Source: a virus
Length of the DNA stretch: 64,000 bases
IMG/VR virus record: IMGVR_UViG_3300003873_000002
Span: 1 to 64,000 of that record
Direction: 5' to 3' (one strand)
Under the pieces are notes generated by a model, which did not search any database, was not told where the DNA came from, and saw nothing but the letters and a program-made list of their open reading frames with translations. Within the stretch, counting starts at the first letter, position 1, and each line of letters opens with the position of its first letter. The translations under genes and the position numbers were made by a program. Below are positions 9,813 through 18,890 of the stretch, one piece after another.

Positions 9813-10403
9813 GTGTTAAAATTTGATATCATTACAAGCACACCAAGTGACTCATATAATAAATTTATACTGAACTGTGCACCAAGCCCATCGATAAAAC
9901 AACATTCATCAATGAGTGTCAGATCAATTGCAGTCAGATTCAATAAGAAAATGAACCGACTGAATACAGCACCATCCTCATCATTCATATATAAACATAA
10001 TAATTATGTATATCTTACCAATGGTTATATTTTGCTTAAAATTGAAGACAAAGACAATGAATTTAAAGGTAGCATGTTCAAAATAAATACACTAGAAGAA
10101 GCATCACAACACGAACAAAATATTTATGGAAGGCATATAAATGTATTGAAAACTGTTGTTAAAGAGGGTGTGTGCTCATTGCCTTTCGTGGCCGAGTCGA
10201 TGCTTTGTAAAATAGATTATGATAAACTACCTGGTGGAAAATTACCATCTGTTAAAGTTGATGGTATATTCATCAATCAAAAAATGTTCAATTTTGTAAA
10301 TGAAACAATTGCAAACCCAACAATTATTAAGAATAACAATAATATTCTTACTGTTGGTGGTGATAATGGAATTGCTGTTATTATGGGTTTAAATTTCGAA
10401 TAA
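9813..10403 (+). CDS. Hypothetical protein
   Basis: AAGGA RBS; YLTNGYILL motif and IAVIMG ending. Confidence 0.7.
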   Translation: MLKFDIITSTPSDSYNKFILNCAPSPSIKQHSSMSVRSIAVRFNKKMNRLNTAPSSSFIYKHNNYVYLTNGYILLKIEDKDNEFKGSMFKINTLEEASQHEQNIYGRHINVLKTVVKEGVCSLPFVAESMLCKIDYDKLPGGKLPSVKVDGIFINQKMFNFVNETIANPTIIKNNNNILTVGGDNGIAVIMGLNFE

Positions 10404-10432
10404 ACAAAAATTGCAAATATTTGCAAAAAACG

Positions 10433-10461
10433 TTGAAGTTATTATCCGAATCATATATAAT
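10433..10461 (+). promoter_or_regulatory. sigma70-type promoter
   Basis: TTGAAG-N17-TATAAT. Confidence 0.55.
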
Positions 10462-10490
10462 ATAGTTATTATAAAGAGAGGATAAAAAAA

Positions 10491-10685
10491 ATGAAATATG
10501 AGATTGTTGTACACAACGAAGGTGATATCATGGTCTATGTCCTTCTTAAAAATAATAAACCTGTTAGGTATAGTGAATCAATTAAATCCATTAAGGAGTT
10601 CGCAGAAAGATTAATTGCAATGGAAAATTCTGCATCATTAGTAAACAAGCAGTTATCAATATATAACACTATTAATAATTTATAA
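10491..10685 (+). CDS. Hypothetical protein
   Basis: GAGG RBS, 64 aa. Confidence 0.65.
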   Translation: MKYEIVVHNEGDIMVYVLLKNNKPVRYSESIKSIKEFAERLIAMENSASLVNKQLSIYNTINNL

Positions 10686-10881
10686 TGCAAATTTAGTGAT
10701 ACAATAAATACGAAATAATTATAAATTAAATATATGTCAAAATATCACAACTGGTGTGACAATTATTTTAATCAGTGTGTTGTGAGTTTTTGCCATACTT
10801 TCTACACCAAATTACAAAATTTTGTGTAAAGTGCTAAACATATGTAAACACTAAACACTAAACACTAAACACTAAATATAA

Positions 10882-10957
10882 GCCGAAATAGCACAACTGG
10901 TAGTGCAACTGATTTGTAATCAGTAGGTTATAGGTTCAAGTCCTATTTTCGGCACCA
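10882..10957 (+). tRNA. tRNA-Thr(TGT)
   Basis: Cloverleaf GCCGAAA/TTTCGGC, anticodon loop TT-TGT-AA, GGTTCAAGT, encoded CCA. Confidence 0.95.
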
Positions 10958-10968
10958 AATTTTAAAAT

Positions 10969-11044
10969 TCCTGATTAGTTCAGTTGGTAGAACACCGGAC
11001 TGTTAATCCGTATGTCGATGGTTCGAATCCATCATCAGGAGCCA
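10969..11044 (+). tRNA. tRNA-Asn(GTT)
   Basis: TCCTGAT/ATCAGGA acceptor stem, loop CT-GTT-AA, G73, CCA. Confidence 0.95.
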
Positions 11045-11090
11045 AATTCAAAACATATGCATCAGATGCATCAGACGCAAATATATACAT

Positions 11091-11181
11091 GGTGGACTGG
11101 CTGAGTGGTTGAAAGCGGCAGTCTTGAAAACTGTTGTGGGTTTGTAGCCCACCTGGGGTTCGAATCCCTAGTCCATCACCA
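11091..11181 (+). tRNA. tRNA-Ser(TGA), long variable arm
   Basis: Loop CT-TGA-AA, variable arm GTGGG/CCCAC, CCA; discriminator is A rather than the usual G. Confidence 0.9.
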
Positions 11182-11191
11182 TTTTTAAAAT

Positions 11192-11264
11192 TCCTGATTA
11201 GTTCAGTTGGTAGAACATCGGACGATTAATCCGAGTGTCGGTGGTTCGAATCCATCATCAGGAA
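11192..11264 (+). tRNA. Variant tRNA-Asn copy: anticodon ATT, G33, no encoded CCA
   Basis: Near-identical to 10969..11044; loop CG-ATT-AA; all stems intact. Confidence 0.7.
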
Positions 11265-11374
11265 TTTTTTTCTATGAAATCAACACAAACGATAAATTGT
11301 TATTTATATTCAAAATTTCATATATTTGTGCCCGGTTGTCAAAATTTTTAAAAGAAAAAAAATGAAAATAAATG

Positions 11375-11403
11375 TTGACTTTATAATTACAATCAGTTAT
11401 AAT
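11375..11403 (+). promoter_or_regulatory. sigma70-type promoter
   Basis: TTGACT-N17-TATAAT. Confidence 0.8.
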
Positions 11404-11474
11404 TATACCAACGACTTAGGAAATTTAAACAATTTAAACAATTTAGTTTAACATTATTAATAAAGGGGTTTATT

Positions 11475-11705
11475 ATGAAAAATGAAACTTTGGAAACTTT
11501 GGAAGCAGATGCGGTTTTTGTTGAAAAAGTCATTATGGGTTGCACAACAGCTGAACAACTAGAATCTGCGTCGAAACTGGTGGACAATTATAAACAAAAA
11601 TATAATAGCATTAGTGATGTTAAATGGATTAATAAATTGTTGAGTTTTATTGAAGACATGGAGTATAATATCAGTATTCGTCAGCTAGCAATCTTATGCG
11701 ATTAA
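11475..11705 (+). CDS. Hypothetical phage protein
   Basis: KVIMGCTTAEQL motif; AAGGGG RBS. Confidence 0.75.
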   Translation: MKNETLETLEADAVFVEKVIMGCTTAEQLESASKLVDNYKQKYNSISDVKWINKLLSFIEDMEYNISIRQLAILCD

Positions 11706-11750
11706 TATGTATAAGATTTTGCATTGTTTGATTTTTTAATGCAATATAAA

Positions 11751-11796
11751 CAATATTAAACAACATTAAACAATATTAAACAACATTAAACAACAT
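11751..11796. repeat. Tandem repeat (CAAYATTAAA)x4.5
   Basis: Directly visible. Confidence 0.9.
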
Positions 11797-11811
11797 AAAA
11801 AGGAAAATACC

Positions 11812-12324
11812 ATGATGCTACTTAATATCGTCGAAGATAAAAAAACACACACGCTTTATGCAGAATGTACAGGTGCGCACATTTTAGCAAAAAAATTATT
11901 AAAAACGTATAGTTCTTATAATTTGTTTAATAAGGATAAAGGCTTTGTCGACATGCTTGTTTCAAAAAATAGTGGTTTGATTCGCGATTTTGAATATTGT
12001 GAGGATAAAAAACATACTATAAAAACGGTTTATAACATTTTTATAGATAAAAATCGTGTAGATGGAAATATAATTGAATTAACAGATACAAACGGGCACT
12101 TAGAAATGTCATCTATTAGTGATTTTATTTCAGACCAACTGAATATCAGATTAAAAGTAATCGATGGTATTGTATATTCAGAAGAAAAGGCTGGTTCTGA
12201 CATTAAAATATTTAACAAATTTTATGATGCGCTCGACGAAGTTTATGCACCAGATAAAGAATATTTTCGGGATAAACTAAAAAATAAACTACTATCACTA
12301 TATAAATTTTTATACAATTCGTAA
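11812..12324 (+). CDS. Hypothetical protein, paralog of 5271..5843
   Basis: AAGGA RBS; shared C-terminal motifs. Confidence 0.75.
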   Translation: MMLLNIVEDKKTHTLYAECTGAHILAKKLLKTYSSYNLFNKDKGFVDMLVSKNSGLIRDFEYCEDKKHTIKTVYNIFIDKNRVDGNIIELTDTNGHLEMSSISDFISDQLNIRLKVIDGIVYSEEKAGSDIKIFNKFYDALDEVYAPDKEYFRDKLKNKLLSLYKFLYNS

Positions 12325-12362
12325 TTTGTTATAATTTGTTATATATTAATTCAATATTAATG

Positions 12363-12391
12363 TTGACATCTTTGATTTAATGTTGTATAAT
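12363..12391 (+). promoter_or_regulatory. Consensus sigma70 promoter
   Basis: TTGACA-N17-TATAAT. Confidence 0.85.
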
Positions 12392-12494
12392 ATATATAAC
12401 AAATAAAGAAATGATGTAACACAAAATATTAAAGACTTGTGTTAGGCTTTAATAAAACCAAACAAGCAAGCAAGCAAACAAGCAAACAAAATGA

Positions 12495-12728
12495 ATGGTG
12501 ATATATATGATGCGCGGAAGATATTACAAATTAACCAAAATACGTGGTCCGTTTTTTAGTGGGTTAATATCTGAAAGAATTTTTTCTACTAATATTGGTG
12601 AAATACTAGAAGAGAAAAGATATAACACTAAGTTCATTAAAAGAAGAGAATTAATTTTTGACAATAAATTAATTAAAAAATTTGAAAGACAACACATCTC
12701 ATTCGAATACAAACCAATTAAGAAGTAA
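12495..12728 (+). CDS. Hypothetical basic protein
   Basis: 77-aa ORF downstream of promoter. Confidence 0.55.
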   Translation: MVIYMMRGRYYKLTKIRGPFFSGLISERIFSTNIGEILEEKRYNTKFIKRRELIFDNKLIKKFERQHISFEYKPIKK

Positions 12729-12930
12729 TATTGGTTTAATTTTTAATTTTTAATTTTATAGTGGAGCTGGTTATGGTTACTAGTGGCGATGTAATGATGT
12801 TGTACGCCGAACACTCACATGCAGTGGAATGGGTGTATAACGATGATATAACACCGTTCATGAATTTATTGGACTTGGTAGAGTGTATTTCATGTGAAAG
12901 TTTTTTTAGAGGTCAGGAATCATTATTCGC

Positions 12931-12959
12931 GTGACTCCAATGAATTTTTATAATATAAT
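12931..12959 (+). promoter_or_regulatory. sigma70-type promoter
   Basis: GTGACT-N17-TATAAT, same -35 as the promoter of the paralogous gene at 3426. Confidence 0.55.
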
Positions 12960-12993
12960 ATAATTAAATCAAAAACACAAAGAGGTAAAGAAA

Positions 12994-13323
12994 ATGAGTG
13001 CATCTGCTGTAATTAAAATAGAGAAAAAGAACGGTCTTTTATATGACTTGGAGTTATGCAAGTTTAGTGGTGGTAAACCTGCAGACATCTTATCATGGTT
13101 AAAAGATTTTAATGCAAATTACAACAAGCGTTGGAATGGAAGCCATAAATTTGCTGGTATGAGTAATAAATTTGCCCAGTTGATTAGATCAAATGTGCTG
13201 CGAGATAAAAAAGGATCTGGTGATGGTGCAGAAATAGACTGGTTGGTGAGTCTTGTTGGTAAAAACTATGGTGATTATACTTATATCTTAAAAGATGATA
13301 GGGTGATAGTTCTCAAAGGATGA
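12994..13323 (+). CDS. Hypothetical protein, diverged paralog of 3426..3740
   Basis: MSASAVIKI..NG..WLKDFN..KFAQLIRS..DYTYILKDD aligns with 3426..3740. Confidence 0.75.
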   Translation: MSASAVIKIEKKNGLLYDLELCKFSGGKPADILSWLKDFNANYNKRWNGSHKFAGMSNKFAQLIRSNVLRDKKGSGDGAEIDWLVSLVGKNYGDYTYILKDDRVIVLKG

Positions 13324-13338
13324 TACAAGCAGTTTGTT

Positions 13339-13539
13339 GTGGTGGGAGTTGAACGTTATTGGATGTGTTACATTCATTTTATAATTTTAAATGTTGTGTA
13401 TAGTTTAATACCGTCGTCATTTATAACTGTGCAGAAATTACTGGAGGTAACAAAAATGGCTTTGCATTCAATTGAGTTCACTGTTATTTTGATGATTTTA
13501 ATACTTATTTTATTTATAAATAATACACCCAGATTCTAA
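13339..13539 (+). CDS. Small putative membrane protein
   Basis: Two hydrophobic segments; start uncertain. Confidence 0.4.
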   Translation: MVGVERYWMCYIHFIILNVVYSLIPSSFITVQKLLEVTKMALHSIEFTVILMILILILFINNTPRF

Positions 13540-13552
13540 TAAAATCAAAGTG

Positions 13553-13593
13553 CATTTAACAACATTTAACAACATTTAACAACATTTAACAAC
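13553..13593. repeat. Tandem repeat (CATTTAACAA)x4
   Basis: Directly visible. Confidence 0.95.
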
Positions 13594-13666
13594 TTCATCG
13601 TTATAAATACATATTTGTATTTTTCGCCATATACAACGCATTATATGAAGTTTAAACGGATAAATA

Positions 13667-14242
13667 ATGATAAAAATTAAGTTATATAAAGAAATACCTT
13701 TCTTATTTTTCCAGTTTAAATCATTGTTTATTATATCGATGGTGTTATCATTTATCAATCCATTGATTACAAAACTTAATGGTGAATTACTACCGTTATA
13801 TGCGATTTCTGGGTTTATGATTTTACGCAATTTAGTAAGATTGTCATTGCAACTAGAAATAATTAAACGCATTAACTTAATTGATTCCTTTAAATACTTA
13901 TTAGTTGGTGATATCATACTCGCATTATGCACATTAATATATTATGTAGATGTGTTTATATTTATCGTAGTCATTTCAATCATATTTATGTTTCATAGTG
14001 TCGCATTGACTGTTTTTATAATAAATTATGATACACATATTTCAAACAGTTACCCAACTGAGGTGTTTAAGGAGGTTAAATACACCGAGCAGTTTATTTA
14101 TACTGCTAGTAGCATTTTGGGATATATTCTTGTAATTATATTTCAAAATCATATTATTGAAATATTTTTATTATTAATGGTGATATTTATTTATATCCAA
14201 TATTATAATTATAAAGAGTACTTTGTGAAAATAGATATATGA
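13667..14242 (+). CDS. Multi-pass membrane protein (~6 TM)
   Basis: Hydrophobic helices throughout. Confidence 0.7.
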   Translation: MIKIKLYKEIPFLFFQFKSLFIISMVLSFINPLITKLNGELLPLYAISGFMILRNLVRLSLQLEIIKRINLIDSFKYLLVGDIILALCTLIYYVDVFIFIVVISIIFMFHSVALTVFIINYDTHISNSYPTEVFKEVKYTEQFIYTASSILGYILVIIFQNHIIEIFLLLMVIFIYIQYYNYKEYFVKIDI

Positions 14243-14300
14243 AGTATTGGTCATTAGGCTCAAAGAACTAAAAGAATACAAATTAATAAAGGAAGATTAT

Positions 14301-15017
14301 ATGAGTAAGAAAAAGAAGAATTTTAAATCACACGAACCCAAATCATCATCAAGAGATTATGTATTAGTCACAAGAAAGAAAGATAATACACACACATTAT
14401 CAAAAGGTATTTATTCTAATGTATGTGTATTTGGGAAAGCATCATATGCACAGACAAATAAAGCATGTTCTAACGCGATTTGTACAAATAAGAATGCAAT
14501 TGCAAGTACATTCGGGCGCATGTCAAATGCAATTGGTGTTGGCAAAGGCAATCTAGTTAAGGCGGATAATATATCATCTAATGCAATTGCATTGGGTAAA
14601 AATTCATGTGCGACCACATCCAGCGACCATTCAAACAGCTATACTGCATGCGATAGTGGTGTTACACGGGCAAACGGTATGTTTTCAAGTGCAATATCAT
14701 GCAAAGGCAATTCGTATGCAACTGCATCATCAGATTATTCTTGTGCGATTACTACGGGAGTGTCATCAACATCAGCAACATCCAGTAGAAATTCTGTCTC
14801 AGTTTCACTTGGCATTGATTCAACAGCAAAAGCAGTCGATGGATTTATCGTTTTATCCGATTGGCGCACTGTAAATATTGATGGTTTATCACAATATGTT
14901 TTAAACAAGGTCTGCGCAGTAAGGGTTGGAGAAAAAATTAACGACGAGGTTATTTTGCCGAACATTGAGTATGGTTTTGTTGATGGCAAATTAATTAAAA
15001 AAAATATATACAATTAA
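14301..15017 (+). CDS. S/A/G-rich repeat protein, probable beta-helix
   Basis: ~11-aa SxAxxxG repeats, C-terminal VGE..I.P..EY..VDGKL motif; AAGGA RBS before ATG 14301. Confidence 0.75.
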   Translation: MSKKKKNFKSHEPKSSSRDYVLVTRKKDNTHTLSKGIYSNVCVFGKASYAQTNKACSNAICTNKNAIASTFGRMSNAIGVGKGNLVKADNISSNAIALGKNSCATTSSDHSNSYTACDSGVTRANGMFSSAISCKGNSYATASSDYSCAITTGVSSTSATSSRNSVSVSLGIDSTAKAVDGFIVLSDWRTVNIDGLSQYVLNKVCAVRVGEKINDEVILPNIEYGFVDGKLIKKNIYN

Positions 15018-15047
15018 AATAACATAAATATTAAAATAATGTATATT

Positions 15048-15091
15048 TAAATAAGTATTAAATAAGTATTAAATAAGTATTAAATAAGTAT
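15048..15091. repeat. Tandem repeat (TAAATAAGTAT)x4
   Basis: 11-nt unit. Confidence 0.95.
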
Positions 15092-15469
15092 AAAATTTAA
15101 GATCAGTTTAAGCTTTTTTTCTTGATTAATGTTTGAACTGACGCGCTCGGCGTTTCCTCCTTTTTAGCCGGGTGTGCCCATATATTGTAATTACCTTCAC
15201 GCGGTTATGGGTGTAAGTAATCATGAAAATGATGAAACTAAAAATTACTAATGAATAAATATCACCTAGTAAGTGATAGTAAGTGAATAAAAGAAGAGTT
15301 ATATTGTTTATCCCCATTTAATATGTAATTCACCTACATCAAGCCATAAATATACCAGCATTTCAAATACAACCCAGAATAATTCTTCGCCTTCAATATC
15401 GACAGAAAAATACCTAAAATACTAAACAAATAACAAAATAAAGCATAATTAAATTTTTTAATTGGTATG

Positions 15470-15498
15470 TTGACATCTGCCAAATAGTGTTGTATAAT
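15470..15498 (+). promoter_or_regulatory. Consensus sigma70 promoter
   Basis: TTGACA-N17-TATAAT. Confidence 0.85.
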
Positions 15499-15573
15499 AT
15501 ATATAAATAAAAATATTTTTGATTACAATGATTACAATGATTACAATGATTTCATCAGATCAAAGGAGGAATT

Positions 15574-15810
15574 ATGAACATGCTTAAATCAAAAATTGCT
15601 GAAGATCAACACCACGAATTAAGGGTATATGGACTGGAGGTTAAACGAATTGAAAATAAAATCAGTGATGGTGTTTCAACCAGCATCAAGTTTTATTACA
15701 AAGACAGGGATTATTACGTCCATATGATAAATGGTAGAACAGTATCAGTTGCAGCATATGAACCATGCAAAAATCATACCAGAATGTTTGGATGTGAAAA
15801 AGCTTATTAA
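15574..15810 (+). CDS. Hypothetical protein
   Basis: GGAGG RBS. Confidence 0.75.
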   Translation: MNMLKSKIAEDQHHELRVYGLEVKRIENKISDGVSTSIKFYYKDRDYYVHMINGRTVSVAAYEPCKNHTRMFGCEKAY

Positions 15811-15884
15811 TTTTTGTTAATTTTTGTTAATTTTTGTTAATTTTATTTATTGTAGAGTGTTTAACAATACAAAGTGAGAATATT

Positions 15885-16358
15885 ATGTCAGACCAATTTC
15901 ATGTTTATATATTACAGTTAACCAAAGATAAAGAATCATTCCTTAAAATAGGATATGCGCGAAAGAGTATAATGGACAGAATTAATCGCACATATCTCGA
16001 ACCGCTAGGAAAAAATACCAGGGGGCAACAGAAAGTAAGTTTAACTGATTATTTCGACGATGTTATCCCAAAAATGAGCGTATACTGTGGTGATAAGTAT
16101 ACTGCACAAATAGTTGAAAATAGCATCATGCGGTTCATAAAAGAACAAACTAATTCTGAATATTATAAAAACTATTGGTGTGACACACATTTTGATGGTA
16201 TCACAGAAACACGCTCCTATAATTATTTTGAGTTTGAAATGATGTGTGATATTTTAACTGATTATACAATGAATTGCTTCAACGGCAAATATGCTTACTT
16301 GCATTTTAAATCGATAAATGACATAAATACACGCAATTATATAAACAACCAATATTAA
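15885..16358 (+). CDS. GIY-YIG-like (T5orf172-type) putative nuclease
   Basis: VYILQL..ESFLKIGYA..DRI, later E and FDGITE motif. Confidence 0.55.
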   Translation: MSDQFHVYILQLTKDKESFLKIGYARKSIMDRINRTYLEPLGKNTRGQQKVSLTDYFDDVIPKMSVYCGDKYTAQIVENSIMRFIKEQTNSEYYKNYWCDTHFDGITETRSYNYFEFEMMCDILTDYTMNCFNGKYAYLHFKSINDINTRNYINNQY

Positions 16359-16373
16359 TTTAGAGAGAGAAAT

Positions 16374-17135
16374 ATGAAAACATTTCACGAAGCACCAATC
16401 AGTATTTTTAATGAAGTCCAACAACTAACTGACGGTGATTATGCATTAGTTCATTTATTTGAAGAGAATGATGAATATTATAATTTATTTGTAGATGCAT
16501 TGAAAAAAGGCAGAACGGTTATTCTTGATAATTCAATTTTCGAATTGGGTAGTGCATTCGACACAGAAAAATACATCGAATGGATTAATAAGTTAAAACC
16601 AACATATTATATTATTCCGGATGTATTGGAAGATAAAGATGGTACACTAAAAAATATTAATGATTGGGATTTCAGTTGTTATGGTAAATCTATTGGTGTT
16701 GTGCAGGGACGCACATACAATGAGGTAGTTGAGTGTTATAAACAAATGGTAGATAAGGTAGATAAAGTTGCATTTACTCTTAGATTCGGTAAGCTCAATG
16801 ATGGAAATTATACGGATGCAGAAAACATGATGACTCGTGTAATGTTAATTCAGCGTATGGTGCGAGATGGTCACATCAGAGAAGACAAACAACATCATAT
16901 ACTTGGATGCTATTTGCCACAAGAATTTGCATTTTATAGAAATTATAAATGGATTGATTCTGTAGATACTTCAAACCCCGTAGTTGCGGGATTGAACTAT
17001 ATTCTTTATGATATTAATGGTCTTGACGAAAAACCACCACAAAAACTATTTACATTAATTGATGTGGACGTAACAGATGAACAACTGAATAATATTAAAT
17101 TCAATATAAATAAATTTAAAAAAATGATATCGTAA
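16374..17135 (+). CDS. TGT/DpdA-like TIM-barrel protein (putative guanine-analogue transglycosylase or nucleotide-forming enzyme)
   Basis: ILDNSIFE, IIPDVL, GVVQG, HHILG, DSVDTS match the tRNA-guanine transglycosylase fold motifs (DSG, D, VQG, HxLG, DS). Confidence 0.65.
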   Translation: MKTFHEAPISIFNEVQQLTDGDYALVHLFEENDEYYNLFVDALKKGRTVILDNSIFELGSAFDTEKYIEWINKLKPTYYIIPDVLEDKDGTLKNINDWDFSCYGKSIGVVQGRTYNEVVECYKQMVDKVDKVAFTLRFGKLNDGNYTDAENMMTRVMLIQRMVRDGHIREDKQHHILGCYLPQEFAFYRNYKWIDSVDTSNPVVAGLNYILYDINGLDEKPPQKLFTLIDVDVTDEQLNNIKFNINKFKKMIS

Positions 17136-17166
17136 AATATTTTTATGATTTATATACAGATTTATG

Positions 17167-17195
17167 TTGATTTATGCTTAAATGTACAGTATAAT
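17167..17195 (+). promoter_or_regulatory. sigma70-type promoter
   Basis: TTGATT-N17-TATAAT. Confidence 0.55.
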
Positions 17196-17230
17196 AACCA
17201 TAAAGAATAATAGAATAACAAAGGGGCAAT

Positions 17231-17770
17231 ATGAAAATTGGATTTACAGGTGCGCATAGCACAGGAAAAACAACATTACTGAATACACTTAAAAATAATC
17301 AAAAATTTGATGGTTTTAAATTTTGTGAGGGTGTTAATAGGATGGTTAGTGCAATGGGTTTCCCTATTAATGAAGACGGAAATGATATAACACAAGAATT
17401 AAATGTACTAAAGCACGTTTTTAACTTACATATGTTTAATGATACAATTTCTGATAGAACATTATTAGATGTATTCGTATACACAGAATGGCTGTATAAA
17501 CACAATAGAGTGTCAAAATTAACGCGAGATAATGTATACCGTGTAATGAAAAAGACCATACACGAATACGATATTTTATTTTATATTAAACCCGGATTTG
17601 GTGTTGTTGATGATGGTGTAAGATCAAAAGATTCAAGATTTCAAAATGAAATTGCAGACATTTTTGAGGATGTAATCAACACTAATGAAATTAAAACAGT
17701 ATTATTGGAAGGAGATGTCAATCAACGTCTCGAAGAAATTTACAAAACATTAGATAATTATAATTTATAA
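17231..17770 (+). CDS. P-loop nucleotide kinase (NadR/AAA_28-like)
   Basis: GAHSTGKTT Walker A, ISDRTLLD, DDGVR. Confidence 0.85.
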   Translation: MKIGFTGAHSTGKTTLLNTLKNNQKFDGFKFCEGVNRMVSAMGFPINEDGNDITQELNVLKHVFNLHMFNDTISDRTLLDVFVYTEWLYKHNRVSKLTRDNVYRVMKKTIHEYDILFYIKPGFGVVDDGVRSKDSRFQNEIADIFEDVINTNEIKTVLLEGDVNQRLEEIYKTLDNYNL

Positions 17771-17786
17771 TAAAAGAGAGGAAAAT

Positions 17787-18287
17787 ATGAAGCATATTAG
17801 TAGCTTAACATCAAATTCAAATTTAAGTGGTGTTGTACCAGCGACAGATATTCAACCAAACGCAGTTGATGTAAAACTTAAAAAAGTATTCAAAATCCGG
17901 CCTGATAATTTTATTATTGATGAAGACCAAAAAACACATAGGGGTGCCGACGAAATTGATTGTGATGAGGATGGATATTGGAATCTTGAGCCAGGGTCAT
18001 ATGAAATTGTAATGGAGAATGAAATTGAAGTTGCGAATGGTGAAGCTGGTTGGATTGTAGTGCGTTCTACATTAAATCGCAATGGTGTTTTTGTGACATC
18101 AGGTTTATATGATTCAGGATATCATGGTATTCTAGCAGCGTGTCTCCATGTAACCACAGGCAACATCATAATTAAATCAGGTACAAGAATTGGCCAATAT
18201 CTAAACTTTAATGCAGAAACCTTGAGCAAATATGATGGTGATTATGGATTTGGTAAGGGTCATGACGAAAAACATTACAACCAATAA
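17787..18287 (+). CDS. Trimeric dUTPase / dCTP deaminase family protein
   Basis: QPNAVDV, RSTLNRNG, YDSGYHG, RIGQ. Confidence 0.85.
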   Translation: MKHISSLTSNSNLSGVVPATDIQPNAVDVKLKKVFKIRPDNFIIDEDQKTHRGADEIDCDEDGYWNLEPGSYEIVMENEIEVANGEAGWIVVRSTLNRNGVFVTSGLYDSGYHGILAACLHVTTGNIIIKSGTRIGQYLNFNAETLSKYDGDYGFGKGHDEKHYNQ

Positions 18288-18289
18288 AG

Positions 18290-18703
18290 ATGATGTCGAG
18301 ACGCACAATTGATAAAATTATGATGGATACTGCACACCTTTTTGCCAAAAGGTCATATTGCGAAAGAAAGCAAGTCGGTGCAGTGCTAAGTATCAACGGA
18401 AGGATAATTGCGACTGGTTATAATGGCACTTTGCCAAACCAATCGAACGTATGTGAATGTTCTGATGGATCTACAAGTGAATTTGTAATGCATGCAGAAC
18501 AAAATATTTTAACGTTTTGTAATAGAGAAGGCATTAAAACAGACAACAGTAACATGTATATTACACTATCACCATGTAAAATGTGTGCTAAATTGATTGC
18601 ATCAGCTGGTATAAAACAAGTTTTTTATAGTGAAAAATATAGAGACAGTGGTGGTATTGATTTTCTTAAGAAAATTGGTATTAATGTAGAACAAATAAAA
18701 TGA
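18290..18703 (+). CDS. dCMP deaminase
   Basis: VGAV, TGYNG, HAEQN, PCxxC zinc motifs. Confidence 0.93.
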   Translation: MMSRRTIDKIMMDTAHLFAKRSYCERKQVGAVLSINGRIIATGYNGTLPNQSNVCECSDGSTSEFVMHAEQNILTFCNREGIKTDNSNMYITLSPCKMCAKLIASAGIKQVFYSEKYRDSGGIDFLKKIGINVEQIK

Positions 18704-18890
18704 TGAATTAGATTGAATTGGATTGATACATGGATATAATTCCCTTACTAAGTGATGTTTATAGCTGGCGACTTAAATCATTTTTTAAATCGCTATTTAC
18801 AAAGAATTCAGCTTTATTGATTATAAATATGATATTAATTTATAATGATATACAACTCCTGATACAAATTTTAACGATTAAGGATTTTAA

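Noticed and set aside
11091-11181. Opal suppressor or selenocysteine tRNA
   Set aside because: Anticodon UGA reads Ser codon UCA; a suppressor would need anticodon UCA.
15121-15345. tmRNA
   Set aside because: No tRNA-Ala-like acceptor, T-arm or CCA end on either strand.
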